A stretch of DNA of 64,000 bases from Thermoproteota archaeon (GCA_030550585.1 JAUQPB010000001.1:352001-416000); one strand, 5' to 3'. Counted from the stretch's first letter, positions 1 to 10,081 are shown. Notes: generated by a model not told the origin, from the sequence alone. A program made the numbers and translations.

Positions 1-130
1 GACCTTTACACAAAACTATTCCAAGTAATCTAATGCATCCATCTTCCACGTGTATTCTTGCTGGGCCCAGAACCCTCAGAATCTTGTCCTTATCCAAGGT
101 AATTGTAGCCCGCACATTGTGTGGCACCAT
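1..130 (-). CDS. 5' part of a probable Clp1/Grc3-like polynucleotide 5'-kinase (runs off window start)
   Basis: Manual translation from ATG at 130: MVPHNVRATITLDKDKILRVLGPARIHVEDGCIRLLGIVLCKG; resembles the 'LxVxGPAxIxVxxG' N-terminus of archaeal Clp1-like proteins. Confidence 0.45.
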   Translation of the reverse strand, partial: MVPHNVRATITLDKDKILRVLGPARIHVEDGCIRLLGIVLCKG

Positions 131-201
131 TATTAGTGGAGATGCGGCCAAATGCTGTCGCCTCAATGTTGTATTATGAATGTGATCTTTTTTCCAATGA
201 A

Positions 202-867
202 TTAATGTTTTTGGGGCGCCTTTAAAGCTATGTTTATAGCTGCAATAGAGTCTTCATCTAGATTATCATCTATAATTATCGGTTGTCTTGATGTTTTATG
301 CTCGTGAACCAACTCGATTAGGACGTCTCTTGGCAACTCCTTAAGCAAGTTATCTATGAATTTATCGAGCTTTGATTGGATAAGCTTGCTTGGTATACCA
401 ATTCTAATTATTTTCTTCCTGGCGGGAATATTTTCAAAAAACATTTTCAGCATCTTGATAACTGTTTCATCGCTTCTATAGCTCTTAGCAAAGATTAGCT
501 CGGAATCGACAAATAAGGCCAAGCCTATGTTAAGACCATAATCTATACCAGCTATCAGAACTTCCATTACCCTTCTATCTATTCTGGATAGTGCCAATGC
601 TAATACAACGCTTTTTTCTATTGTAGATTCGTCAATCCGTATGATAATGCCATCCAAGGTGCAGTTAATAGATTTTAGATAGTTTATGCCATAGTCGTCT
701 ACAAGCATTATATAGTCGGCTAGGCTATTCTCAAAACAACTTTTATCATAAACGCCAGAATATGTGATGTCGAATACCCTTAGCAAATCTACTACTTTGT
801 ACAAGATTCTTGGGTTATATATTGAAAGTACAACACCTCTCTTCTGATTTCCAACCGCTATTACCAC
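202..867 (-). CDS. Hypothetical protein with C-terminal RNase H-fold (YqgF/resolvase-like) domain
   Basis: IAGIDYGxxIGLA, VELVHEHKTS and DxxAAINIAL motifs typical of YqgF-like domains. Confidence 0.5.
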   Translation of the reverse strand: MVIAVGNQKRGVVLSIYNPRILYKVVDLLRVFDITYSGVYDKSCFENSLADYIMLVDDYGINYLKSINCTLDGIIIRIDESTIEKSVVLALALSRIDRRVMEVLIAGIDYGLNIGLALFVDSELIFAKSYRSDETVIKMLKMFFENIPARKKIIRIGIPSKLIQSKLDKFIDNLLKELPRDVLIELVHEHKTSRQPIIIDDNLDEDSIAAINIALKAPQKH

Positions 868-885
868 CCCCCAGCTAACAAGGTA

Positions 886-938
886 TCAGCAATTTTATTA
901 ACATCACCGCCATCAGTTCCCGGATTCCTCTTCATCAA
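886..938 (-). ncRNA. Box C/D guide sRNA candidate
   Basis: Minus strand TTGATGA(AGA)-GGAATCCGGGAA-CTGA-tggcg-GTGATGT-TAATAAAATTG-CTGA; intergenic; D' guide pairs 10 nt with the tRNA T-arm. Confidence 0.6.
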
Positions 939-971
939 TAGTAGTTTTAAGCTTTTGGGAAAATATGCTTT

Positions 972-1586
972 ATGCCGAAAAATCGCTTAAGGTATACAAC
1001 AATGCTAGGTATACTAAGAAACCGCGTTTCAAAGACTGTAGACTCCATAGCTAGCCACATCAACATCAACCCAAATGTTATAACATTTTCAGGTTTGGCA
1101 ACATCCTTTATTTCACTAGCATTTGCAGCAACAGGCTCATACATATTTGTGATACCCATCCTTGTAGTGATATCTGGATTAACAGACGTGCTTGACGGTG
1201 CCGTAGCCAGAGTTAAAGGAAAGGCCTCTGCATGGGGGTCTATATTTGATTCTTTTTGCGATAGAGTTACCGAAGCAAACTACTTCATATCGTTAATGTT
1301 GCTAAAGGTAAACTATCTTCTTACTTCTTTGGCTATTACAGTATCTCTTCTTATTAGTTATCTGAGAGCTTTGGGAGAGTGGAGGGGGGTCAAATTAGAG
1401 GGTGTAGGAATTCTTGAGCATGGAGAACGAATGATACTAATATTTCTCTCCTTTCTGGTCATAGCCATTGACCCTAAAAAAGGTGTGCAATGGGCAAACA
1501 TTTTAATAGGTGCGCTTGTATTACTCGGCATTGTATCTTCTCTGCAGAGGTTATTCAAAATATATCAAAAACTACATACACGATAA
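972..1586 (+). CDS. CDP-alcohol phosphatidyltransferase (archaetidylinositol phosphate synthase-like); start may be ATG 1002
   Basis: NPNxIT and DxLDGxxAR...GSxxDSxxDR signature; hydrophobic. Confidence 0.9.
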   Translation: MPKNRLRYTTMLGILRNRVSKTVDSIASHININPNVITFSGLATSFISLAFAATGSYIFVIPILVVISGLTDVLDGAVARVKGKASAWGSIFDSFCDRVTEANYFISLMLLKVNYLLTSLAITVSLLISYLRALGEWRGVKLEGVGILEHGERMILIFLSFLVIAIDPKKGVQWANILIGALVLLGIVSSLQRLFKIYQKLHTR

Positions 1587-1589
1587 TTT

Positions 1590-1874
1590 CTACAGTTTTG
1601 TAACCTTCTTTCTCTCATCCTCTGCCCTAACCTTTATAATTCCATAGAATATTGCACAGTTAATGCAATAACACTTTGTCACTGGATATCTCATTATTAT
1701 TGCACCTTTCTTCTCTAGCTCGCTAGCAAGCTGCGGATCCACAGGAGAATACATTCTTGTAACGCATACAGCCTTATCTTCTGGTATTAAGGCACCACAG
1801 TTATCACAGTGTATTCTAGCTACAGATCCTTTATCTCCCTTTCTTCTTCCTCTATTCTCTCTTTTCTTGGGCAC
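1590..1874 (-). CDS. rps26e: 30S ribosomal protein S26e
   Basis: MPKKRENRGRRKG...CDNCGxxxPxDKA...YCINCAI...VR. Confidence 0.97.
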   Translation of the reverse strand: MPKKRENRGRRKGDKGSVARIHCDNCGALIPEDKAVCVTRMYSPVDPQLASELEKKGAIIMRYPVTKCYCINCAIFYGIIKVRAEDERKKVTKL

Positions 1875-1942
1875 CGCACACCACCGTTCAAATACAAGTG
1901 TTTATATCAAAGCTTAAAAATAGTAATTAAATTATTGTACTT

Positions 1943-3424
1943 TTAGTACTTCTTGGCTATGCTTATAAATGCTCTTGTTTGCCTATCACAGAACGCACAG
2001 CTTCTGTATTCATTGGCCTTCTCATTAATTTTAAGCATATTTAATGAGTCCTTATATACCTCCCCCAACGCACTTATACCTTCTAAACCTTCTAACTTGC
2101 TATAGACACATTTCTCGTTTCCACACCATGGTAGTATTGCCACACCACCCCCTTCTTTCACGAAGTTTACTGCCTCATCAAAATTGTTAAATAGTTTCAC
2201 ATTAGATAGAAGCTCTTTCCATGCCCTGTTGCTCAAATTCTCAAATATCTCATTTAACAGCACTCGAATCTTCTCAGTCAATTGATTGATTGCAACAACA
2301 TCTCTTTTCATGGTGTCGCGCCTAAAAATAGTTACGACGTTATTTGAAAGTTCTCTTAGACCTATTTCAATTCTTATAGGCACGCCCTTCAACTCCCACT
2401 CAAAGAATTTGTCTACAGGTCTTAGATTATCTCTATAATCTTCATATACTCTGATCCCGCTTTCTCTAAGCATCTCTGCTATTTTTCTGCAATACTCTAT
2501 TATCTTCTCCTTCGATTCTTGCTGATATATTGGCACTATTACCACTTGGTATGGTGCTATATTGGGGGGTAGGATAAGCCCTTTATCATCGCTGTGAAAC
2601 GCTATCACAGATGCTATAACCCTTTCGGAAATCCCGTAGCTGGTTTGCCATGCGTAATCAATTGTCTCATCCCTTTTCTGTATCTTTACATCGAAGACCC
2701 TTGTAAATGTTTGACCTAGATTGTGTACAGTTCCAATTTGCACAGCTTTTTTATCAGGGAATATGGTATCAAAAGCGATTGTGTATAGAGCTCCTGCAAA
2801 CTTGTCCCATTGGGGTCTTCTCGAAATTATATAGGGTATTCCCAATAAATCGAAAAACTTCTTATATATCTCAATGGCTTCAGCAATCTGCCTTTCGCTA
2901 TCCTCAAAATCTTCGTGAACTGTGTGGGCCTCTTTAAATGTTGTGATCTCCCTTACTCTAACCATAGGCTTCGTCATCTTGGTTTCGCATCTGAAAACGC
3001 TTACAATTTGATAATATTTTTTGGGGAGCTGCCTATAGCTCTTGATCCATAGACTCTCCATATAGCTTATTGCCGTTTCGCTTGTTGGTCTCAGAGCTAA
3101 TTTGACGTCAATGTCTTCTAGACCTGATTTGGTAATCCAAAACACTTCTCCCTCGAAGCCTCTGACATGCTCGCTTTCCTTTCTAAACAAAGTCTCTGGT
3201 ATTAGCAAAGGCAATAGTATTTCTTCGTGACCCTTTTCATCGAGTAGACTACGAATTATTTCTATAACCCTCTTTCTAATCTGGAATCCGTAGGGTAGCC
3301 AAATACCCACACCCTTTACCGGATATCTCCCATAGTCATAGATTTCCGCCTCAGATATTATCCAGTCAAACCACTCGCTGAAACCCTCTCCATATTTCTT
3401 TGGATACTGCTTAGAGGCTACCAC
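1943..3424 (-). CDS. proS: Proline--tRNA ligase (archaeal type)
   Basis: [40 protein letters not shown]-terminal Zn site and terminal Y. Confidence 0.97.
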   Translation of the reverse strand: MVASKQYPKKYGEGFSEWFDWIISEAEIYDYGRYPVKGVGIWLPYGFQIRKRVIEIIRSLLDEKGHEEILLPLLIPETLFRKESEHVRGFEGEVFWITKSGLEDIDVKLALRPTSETAISYMESLWIKSYRQLPKKYYQIVSVFRCETKMTKPMVRVREITTFKEAHTVHEDFEDSERQIAEAIEIYKKFFDLLGIPYIISRRPQWDKFAGALYTIAFDTIFPDKKAVQIGTVHNLGQTFTRVFDVKIQKRDETIDYAWQTSYGISERVIASVIAFHSDDKGLILPPNIAPYQVVIVPIYQQESKEKIIEYCRKIAEMLRESGIRVYEDYRDNLRPVDKFFEWELKGVPIRIEIGLRELSNNVVTIFRRDTMKRDVVAINQLTEKIRVLLNEIFENLSNRAWKELLSNVKLFNNFDEAVNFVKEGGGVAILPWCGNEKCVYSKLEGLEGISALGEVYKDSLNMLKINEKANEYRSCAFCDRQTRAFISIAKKY

Positions 3425-3466
3425 GAAGCGGGCACCTACCTATGCTATGATGTATGTACACTAAAA

Positions 3467-4270
3467 CTAGGTGCTTTTAACTATTTTTCTTGCAAACACT
3501 ATGAAACCTGTGTGGCCAACCATGTAGGTAGAGGGCCTTATAGCTGTTCTCGATAACTCGAATTCTCTTAGCATTATCTCAAAAGCTCTAATATCTATGA
3601 AGCCGCCGAAGTCCTCTAAAGCATTGTACAGTTTTATAAGCTGCTGTATCGACGGTATAAAGAATGCTATTGGAGCAGATGGCTTTAGAGAGGTGTGTAG
3701 AGCTTCTAGAGCTTCCCAAGGATCTGGCATGTCAATAACTGCTGCATCGAAACCGGTTTCGTCTATACCTTTTCTCACATCAGCAAGTCTCAAGGTAACG
3801 TATTTATCTAATCCCAGCTTTTCGAGATTCTCCTTAGCCACCTTCAGAAACTCTTCTCTAATGTCATAGCCATATACATGACCATCGGGTTTGACAATAT
3901 GTGCTAACAAGGCAGTTGTATTGCCAGATCCAACCCCCGCTTCCAACACCTTGGCGCCAGACCCTAGACCGAGCATTAGTATTATGAAGCCCAAGTCCTT
4001 TGGGTAAATCACTTGTGTAACTCTTTTCAAACTCTTGTCGATATAGTCCAGGATAAGTGGTTTCAAGGCCCATGCTCTAATGTTTAACGAGGTTTTTATT
4101 TGCGATCCCTTCTCTTTTCCAATAATGTCATCGGCTGCTATAACGCCTTTGTCTGACGATATTTTCTCTCCTTGTTTGAGTCTTGTGAGAATTTTTCTCC
4201 TCTTGTCTATATATATCAGCGCATAATCGCCATAGTTAAATACCTCATTTTGGCTCAGAACTGGTGTCAT
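3467..4270 (-). CDS. trmI: tRNA (adenine-N1)-methyltransferase TrmI
   Basis: TQVIYPKD, VLEAGVGSG, DMPDPW, GHTGF. Confidence 0.95.
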   Translation of the reverse strand: MTPVLSQNEVFNYGDYALIYIDKRRKILTRLKQGEKISSDKGVIAADDIIGKEKGSQIKTSLNIRAWALKPLILDYIDKSLKRVTQVIYPKDLGFIILMLGLGSGAKVLEAGVGSGNTTALLAHIVKPDGHVYGYDIREEFLKVAKENLEKLGLDKYVTLRLADVRKGIDETGFDAAVIDMPDPWEALEALHTSLKPSAPIAFFIPSIQQLIKLYNALEDFGGFIDIRAFEIMLREFELSRTAIRPSTYMVGHTGFIVFARKIVKST

Positions 4271-4303
4271 ATATCACCACTCAGTAATACCAACCATCAT
4301 CAT
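4255..4303 (-). ncRNA. Box C/D guide sRNA candidate overlapping the trmI start
   Basis: ATGATGA-TGGTTGGTATTA-CTGA-GTGGTGA-TATATGACACCAGTT-CTGA; D' guide complementary to the conserved 16S 530-loop sequence UAAUACCAGCC. Confidence 0.6.
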
Positions 4304-4377
4304 CACCACTATAGAATATAAAACTTGTTTAGGTGGTAAATAAGATTAGAATAAAATTGTGTGATAAGGGGATAAAA

Positions 4378-4605
4378 CTATATCTCTTCTATTACTTCGA
4401 CAACCTTAGACCTGACACCCTTCTTTCTAGGTGTCTCTAGGCTATAGCCGCTTCCCCACAGCTCCTTCTTTAACAGCTCTCTGATGGCCGTTCTTATAAC
4501 TTCGCTTCTAGATGTGTATCTTCCCATTTTCACAAGCTCGTCGATTGCCTCGAGGTATGACTCTGGCATTTTTACTGTTACAATACGCATCTGCTCTAGC
4601 ACCAC
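4378..4605 (-). CDS. Ribbon-helix-helix transcription factor, aCcr1/CdrS-like
   Basis: [45 protein letters not shown]. Confidence 0.85.
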   Translation of the reverse strand: MVLEQMRIVTVKMPESYLEAIDELVKMGRYTSRSEVIRTAIRELLKKELWGSGYSLETPRKKGVRSKVVEVIEEI

Positions 4606-4693
4606 CTACCTATCTAAATGATGATGATAATTTATAAGTAAGAGAGCGGTTTAGATAATGAGGGAATATTTTATATAAACTGGGGCTACATCG

Positions 4694-5011
4694 ATGGGCA
4701 CTAAAGGGGGTAAACCACTATCAACATTAGAAAAGAGGCAAAAGAGGCTTGCCAAGAAGGAAGAGGCAAAGAAGCCTGCAAAAGAAGAGAGAAAGATCGT
4801 AATACCTAGTGCAGAGACTATAGATCAAAACCTTATCTCGAAAGTGCTAGACGAAATCAACAGCAGTGGTTATGCCACGACCTTCACACTTTCACAAAAG
4901 CTTGGTGTAAAGTATAGTCTGGCAAAGAAGATACTGCGTGAGCTAGCTAAAAGAGGTAATATAAATATTGTTGTGAAGAACAGGCGAATTATCTTAGCTA
5001 CCAAAAAGTAG
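4694..5011 (+). CDS. rps25e: 30S ribosomal protein S25e
   Basis: Lys-rich N-terminus, then winged helix TxxxLSQKLGVKYSLAKKILRELA. Confidence 0.9.
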   Translation: MGTKGGKPLSTLEKRQKRLAKKEEAKKPAKEERKIVIPSAETIDQNLISKVLDEINSSGYATTFTLSQKLGVKYSLAKKILRELAKRGNINIVVKNRRIILATKK

Positions 5012-5088
5012 GTTTGCGCCATGGCAAGAGCCATAGCTGGGGATGGAGTAAGTATATCAGCTATTTAAACAACCTCACATGCTTTGAC

Positions 5089-5910
5089 TTAAACATTTTT
5101 ACCATGTAACACCTTTTTTAGTTCTTTTATAATCTTGAGTCTTGTATTAGTATCAGCTCTATTCACATGCTTTGCAGTAACGCTCATGGCAACAACCTTC
5201 TCTTCTACATCAATTTTTTCAATTTCCTCACCATTTTCATCAATAACAACGGTTGGCACTGTGGCTAATACATCCTGTTTATACTCGAATATCCCACCGA
5301 CCACCAGACCCATGCTACCAGATTCCACAGCTCTTACAAAAGCTACCTGCTGTTGTTTTTGAATATCCTGGTTTATGCTTGGATAAACCACTATAATGTC
5401 CATATTCAATAGAGAGAATGTGAATGATATTTCCGGGTAGAAAATGTCGTCAGCTATTAGAAATCCTATCTTAGCTTTATCCAATGCCATGTATGGAAGT
5501 TGAGGGTATCCACTGATCTTATTGCTATTATCTGCTGTGACTTGCCTAATAACCTTTTTTATATCCCCATCTTTACCTATGAATACTGCTGATCTGTACA
5601 ACCTAGAGCCTCTACGCTCTATTAGTGGCCCAACAACTATGTTTACACCATAGCTCCTAGCCAGCCTAGCTATTTCATCTGTTGTTGGCCCAGGTATTGA
5701 TTCACCTGATATTTTGAGCGTCTTTTTGAATTCTATCTCATATATTGGGACCCCATTAACCATTTGAGGCAGTATCACAATGTCAACATATTTTCGATGT
5801 TCAAACAGTCTCTCTATTAAGTCTTTAATCTTGGCTATGTTCCTCTTCCTACTTCCCAGTTCTATGTTTGTATGGATTGCTGCTACATCTATTCTACTTT
5901 CTAACTGCAT
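5089..5910 (-). CDS. Carbon-nitrogen hydrolase (nitrilase-fold) protein with degenerate catalytic triad
   Basis: DIVILPQ, GESIPGPTT, LYRSAVFI, IGFLIADDIFYPE, RAVE motifs. Confidence 0.8.
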   Translation of the reverse strand: MQLESRIDVAAIHTNIELGSRKRNIAKIKDLIERLFEHRKYVDIVILPQMVNGVPIYEIEFKKTLKISGESIPGPTTDEIARLARSYGVNIVVGPLIERRGSRLYRSAVFIGKDGDIKKVIRQVTADNSNKISGYPQLPYMALDKAKIGFLIADDIFYPEISFTFSLLNMDIIVVYPSINQDIQKQQQVAFVRAVESGSMGLVVGGIFEYKQDVLATVPTVVIDENGEEIEKIDVEEKVVAMSVTAKHVNRADTNTRLKIIKELKKVLHGKNV

Positions 5911-8900
5911 ATGCTTTTCACCTTGTCTAGTTCTGTTTCGTAAATCTTTGGAACAATCTTGCTACAAACCTCGTTGAAAAGCTCGTTTATCACTAGGGTG
6001 TAGTCTATTTCACCTTTTTCTATCTTTTCCATTTTTTCGTATAACAGTTTGGTTCTACTGGTTGAAACCATTTCTGCTATATCTGCTACAGCCCTCTCTA
6101 CTGATGCTTTAATCACCTTCTCAACATCCTCTTCTTTAACATCTCTAAATAGGAAGGGGTATCTATGGACAAACTTTTGGATAAATGCTACCACATCGTG
6201 TTTGCCCTCAGGGAAGTTGTTTCCAGCAAGCAGGCTGTATATTAGTATGCCTGTTAGTGATGGTACTAAATATTGGTTTTTGCCTATGACATAAACATAT
6301 CTTCTCTTCTGTATAGTATCTATGATTTTTGCGTATGTGCTTGGCCTTCCGATACCAACGTTCTTCATCCATCTTACTATATCTCCTTGTGTCGGCAACT
6401 TTACATCGCTTAGCTCGACCGATCTGACTTTGCTTGGCCTCAGTACTACATCGCCTCTTGGAAGTGGTACAATGGATATAGTAGAGTAGTATAGGAGGAA
6501 CCCAGGTTCGATGATGTTAGTTGGAACCTCTATCACTGTTTCCCATATTTTATTCTCCTTGTATAGTATTTCTACAGTGTATAGCGACTTTTCCACTACT
6601 GCAGGCTTCATCTGGCTTGCAATAAATCTTCTGAATATTAGGTCATAGAGCTTATAGTGCTTGTTTGTTAGGGGTGTTGGGGTCTCTATCACCCCTTCGA
6701 CTATGAGCTCTCTTAGCCTAGTAGCATCAACGGGTCTCGTGGGTCTTATCGCTTCGTGGGCTCCGCCCTCTCCCCAGCTTCTTGGTGCAAATACCTCACC
6801 AATTTTGTCGCCAAATTGTGTGCTCAGATATTCTTTGGCAACTCCTATACCTGTTGTAGAAACCCTTGTGCTATCGGTTCTGTGGTATGTTATGAAGCCC
6901 AGCTCGAAAAGGTTTTGGGCTATCTGCATAGCTTCAACAGAATTCATTCGTAGAATTCTTTGGGCTTCAGCCAACATCTCATCTGTTGTAAATGGCGGAG
7001 GTGGGTATATTATATCCTGGTGTGAGTGCTTATAGTGAAAAACAACAGTAATGTCTGATGCTCTTATGGTTTGATCTATATTCAGCTTTTTGAAGGCTTC
7101 CAACGGCACCTCGAACTGTAGATTAGAAACGCTTATAATTTTGCTACGTCTAAGAGTGTTCAATCTGTTTATTGCTGTTTCTATTATCCTTCCAAGCACG
7201 GGTGTCTGGACTCTTCCGGCGCTATACCTCTTGTCTAATGCCATAGCCTTGCTTATAGAGCTATAGAGCTTTGTGACGTATTCTGATAGGGAGAAGCCTA
7301 GCCATCTATCCTCAATTCTCCTAGCTATCTGGGCCTCGACAAGAGCTAGGTTTATCCCCCTCAAATTTTCGAGTGCTTGTAGAATAGCTCTTCTCGTCAC
7401 CTCATGGAACTCAGCCCTCTTAATGGTTTTTGCATATGGCGCTAATGCTACTGCAACGTCATATGCTATTTTCTCGCCCTCAGAATCGGGGTCTGTAGCT
7501 ATAATGACCTCGTCAACCTCTAAAGCAATCCTCTGAAGAGCCTCTACAACATCTTTAGATGATTTGAATTCAGAAGACCCGCAAACAGGGCATTTATCCC
7601 CTTTAACAAACTGGGTTCCACACGCCAAACACCTTTTTATGTAGTCGTATCTAGGGACAAAGAACTTTGCTCCTCCCTGCACCCTTTTCTCAACACCATA
7701 TACAGAATCCTGTGATAGCTCTTCTTCAACAAGTTCGAAGATGTGCCCCCCAGATGCTGTTATAAGGAGATGCAACCTGCCAACATCAACCTCATAAACT
7801 CTGATAGTGCCATAGTCTCTGGCTGTCGGTTTACCGAAGAATGATGCAATGGTTCTAGCCTTGTTTGGCGATTCGACTATGAATAGCGCTGTTTTTGTCA
7901 GCTCCTCTACTTTTGTTAGCAGGTTGCTGGGCATACTCCCGCTTTTTATCATTTTAACTATTCTTCTATCTTCATCAATTCTCTGTATCTCCTTTTCGAG
8001 ATCTACCTCACTGATTGGGTAGAACTTGAAGTCGTCTATGTAGAATCTAAGCCTTTTCTCCAATCCATTAACCAGTCTAAGATCGTCGGATATCACTATA
8101 GATAACCCTCTTGTTATACCACCTATGTACAGCCTTGATGTTCTTCCACTGGCTTGGATATATGTTGGAGCGTCTGGTAATAGCATGTAGAGTTGCGCCC
8201 CCTCTTCATATATCACAATCGAGGGGTTGTTCTTCAGCCTTTCAATTATCTCACGTTGTTTTAGTAGCGATGACACATAATCGTGTGTTTCGAGCAACGT
8301 TCTTACAAGCTCGCTTCTCTTCTCTTCGTGCACACCCTTCTCAATGGACTCAATAACCTCTTTAAGAATGGTTGGAGACACCCTTCTTACAATTCTTCTC
8401 AGCACTGTTATCTTGTTCATTACATTGTTCCTCTCCCTCTCATCGACAACCTCAAGCAGAACAGATAATACCCTCAGCAATGTTGTGGGATTGTACTCGA
8501 TTCTGGACAGAGAGATTTTGTGTCTTGGAACACCGAAGAATATGGCGTATCTTATAACCTCTGGCAAGTCAATGCCTCTAACAAGAAGGCCGTAGTATGT
8601 TGCTACACCTACAACAACATCTAGATTGCCTTCAATGAACTCCTTTAGGCTCTTGCTCTTCTTGCTGACAACAACATCGGCTTTTACTCCCCTGTTAACC
8701 AGTTCCTGGGCTAGTCTCTGGGCCTCTTCAATGCCTTTGTCTAGGGGTACAAAAACTAGTCCTCCGGGGCCAAGCCTCTTAATCGTGTTTGCCAATACCT
8801 CGACTGCCTGTTCATAGCTGCTTACACTGACATAAACATCGGCGATATTTCTGTATAGCTCGACGCTAGAACCTATGGTGAAGCCTAGAAGCTCTTTGAA

Positions 8901-9896
8901 CAGTCTTATCCTCCTTCCTCTAGCTCTTCCAGTAGCCGAGCTTACTACCAGGATGCCTACCTGCCTTCTCTTAGACGCTATATGTGCTTGGTATTTCTTC
9001 ACTAGCTCGTCTACTGGCACACCATCTTCTCTGCATTCTTCAGCCTTTTCCTTTTGCGATAGACAGCGCATCTGCCTTATTCTCAAGGTTGATAACTTGT
9101 ACCCTATCTGCATATCCTCTTGGGAAAAGCCTAGAAGCATCAAAACATATTCTACGGCTTTGCTACCCTTCATAATGGCATCCACATCGTCAACGAATAT
9201 GAAATTGAATGCAAAGCCTTTATCAACTAGAGGCTTGAAGACCCTATCGAAATTTCTCTGCAGATAGTTAGACGTTGTTATGAGTATATCGAAGTTACCA
9301 TCCTTTATAATCTCCTCCAGCTCTGCTTTTCTCTTTGGAGAAACCTTTGAGTGCATAGCTGCAATTGCAACAACAATACCCAGATTGTTTGCCAGTTCCT
9401 GAAGCCTCTTATAATAGTGTTCAACTAGAATAGATGTTGGGACAATGATATAAGCCTTCCTATTGTGTTTATATGCGAGAAATAGAGCCATAACCAAGCC
9501 AAATGTTGTTTTCCCCACACCAGTAGGGGCAATCATCGCAAAACTGCTTTTCTGGGCAATTCTAAAAGCCCAGCTTACCTGGAGATTCCAAGGATTGTTG
9601 CCAACAGCCTTTCTGAAAAAATCTATGAAGCTATTTACAAACTCCTCCATCTCTACAAGCTCCAACACCTTTTTAGAAGGGGAATGCAGATATTTAAGCA
9701 ACTCCTTGAATGAGGTCACCTTAACAATGCTACTAGTATTCATGCACTTCTCACATGCATTTCTATTCAAAATCCTGACATCGTCTATGGGACCAGAACA
9801 GTTGATACATAAACTCATATACCTTGTATGTGGCAGAAAATGGGTTTGCGAGAAGCCCTGCCCATACTCGATACGAACATTGCCAATAAAACTCAT
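5901..9896 (-). CDS. rgy: Reverse gyrase
   Basis: N-terminal Zn finger, APTGVGKTT, DDVD, QASGRTSR, IVESPNKARTI, ATDPDSEGE, ITYHRTDS, GIGRPSTYA. Confidence 0.98.
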   Translation of the reverse strand: MSFIGNVRIEYGQGFSQTHFLPHTRYMSLCINCSGPIDDVRILNRNACEKCMNTSSIVKVTSFKELLKYLHSPSKKVLELVEMEEFVNSFIDFFRKAVGNNPWNLQVSWAFRIAQKSSFAMIAPTGVGKTTFGLVMALFLAYKHNRKAYIIVPTSILVEHYYKRLQELANNLGIVVAIAAMHSKVSPKRKAELEEIIKDGNFDILITTSNYLQRNFDRVFKPLVDKGFAFNFIFVDDVDAIMKGSKAVEYVLMLLGFSQEDMQIGYKLSTLRIRQMRCLSQKEKAEECREDGVPVDELVKKYQAHIASKRRQVGILVVSSATGRARGRRIRLFKELLGFTIGSSVELYRNIADVYVSVSSYEQAVEVLANTIKRLGPGGLVFVPLDKGIEEAQRLAQELVNRGVKADVVVSKKSKSLKEFIEGNLDVVVGVATYYGLLVRGIDLPEVIRYAIFFGVPRHKISLSRIEYNPTTLLRVLSVLLEVVDERERNNVMNKITVLRRIVRRVSPTILKEVIESIEKGVHEEKRSELVRTLLETHDYVSSLLKQREIIERLKNNPSIVIYEEGAQLYMLLPDAPTYIQASGRTSRLYIGGITRGLSIVISDDLRLVNGLEKRLRFYIDDFKFYPISEVDLEKEIQRIDEDRRIVKMIKSGSMPSNLLTKVEELTKTALFIVESPNKARTIASFFGKPTARDYGTIRVYEVDVGRLHLLITASGGHIFELVEEELSQDSVYGVEKRVQGGAKFFVPRYDYIKRCLACGTQFVKGDKCPVCGSSEFKSSKDVVEALQRIALEVDEVIIATDPDSEGEKIAYDVAVALAPYAKTIKRAEFHEVTRRAILQALENLRGINLALVEAQIARRIEDRWLGFSLSEYVTKLYSSISKAMALDKRYSAGRVQTPVLGRIIETAINRLNTLRRSKIISVSNLQFEVPLEAFKKLNIDQTIRASDITVVFHYKHSHQDIIYPPPPFTTDEMLAEAQRILRMNSVEAMQIAQNLFELGFITYHRTDSTRVSTTGIGVAKEYLSTQFGDKIGEVFAPRSWGEGGAHEAIRPTRPVDATRLRELIVEGVIETPTPLTNKHYKLYDLIFRRFIASQMKPAVVEKSLYTVEILYKENKIWETVIEVPTNIIEPGFLLYYSTISIVPLPRGDVVLRPSKVRSVELSDVKLPTQGDIVRWMKNVGIGRPSTYAKIIDTIQKRRYVYVIGKNQYLVPSLTGILIYSLLAGNNFPEGKHDVVAFIQKFVHRYPFLFRDVKEEDVEKVIKASVERAVADIAEMVSTSRTKLLYEKMEKIEKGEIDYTLVINELFNEVCSKIVPKIYETELDKVKSICS

Positions 9897-9970
9897 TCAA
9901 CCACCTTACATAATCGGAATCCGCTCACCAAGTTATTAATTTTTAATAACCAGATCTGCCATTGACGATC

Positions 9971-10019
9971 TCAGCGAAGAGAAGTCTCATCATATTTCAG
10001 GAGACCGTCGTATCATCAC
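9971..10019 (-). ncRNA. Box C/D guide sRNA
   Basis: Perfect boxes: GTGATGA-TACGACGGTCTC-CTGA-aat-ATGATGA-GACTTCTCTTCG-CTGA, two 12-nt guides. Confidence 0.88.
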
Positions 10020-10081
10020 AAAAACATATATGCTTACCCATTTCACTATGTATATCACGGGGAATAAAAGACTTATAAGAT

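Noticed and set aside
4618-4665. ATGATGATGA run as a possible C box
   Set aside because: No correctly spaced CTGA D'/D boxes; it is the divergent promoter region
6049-9939. Many plus-strand ORFs of 60-160 aa
   Set aside because: Antisense shadows of reverse gyrase; the same applies to shadow ORFs over other long genes
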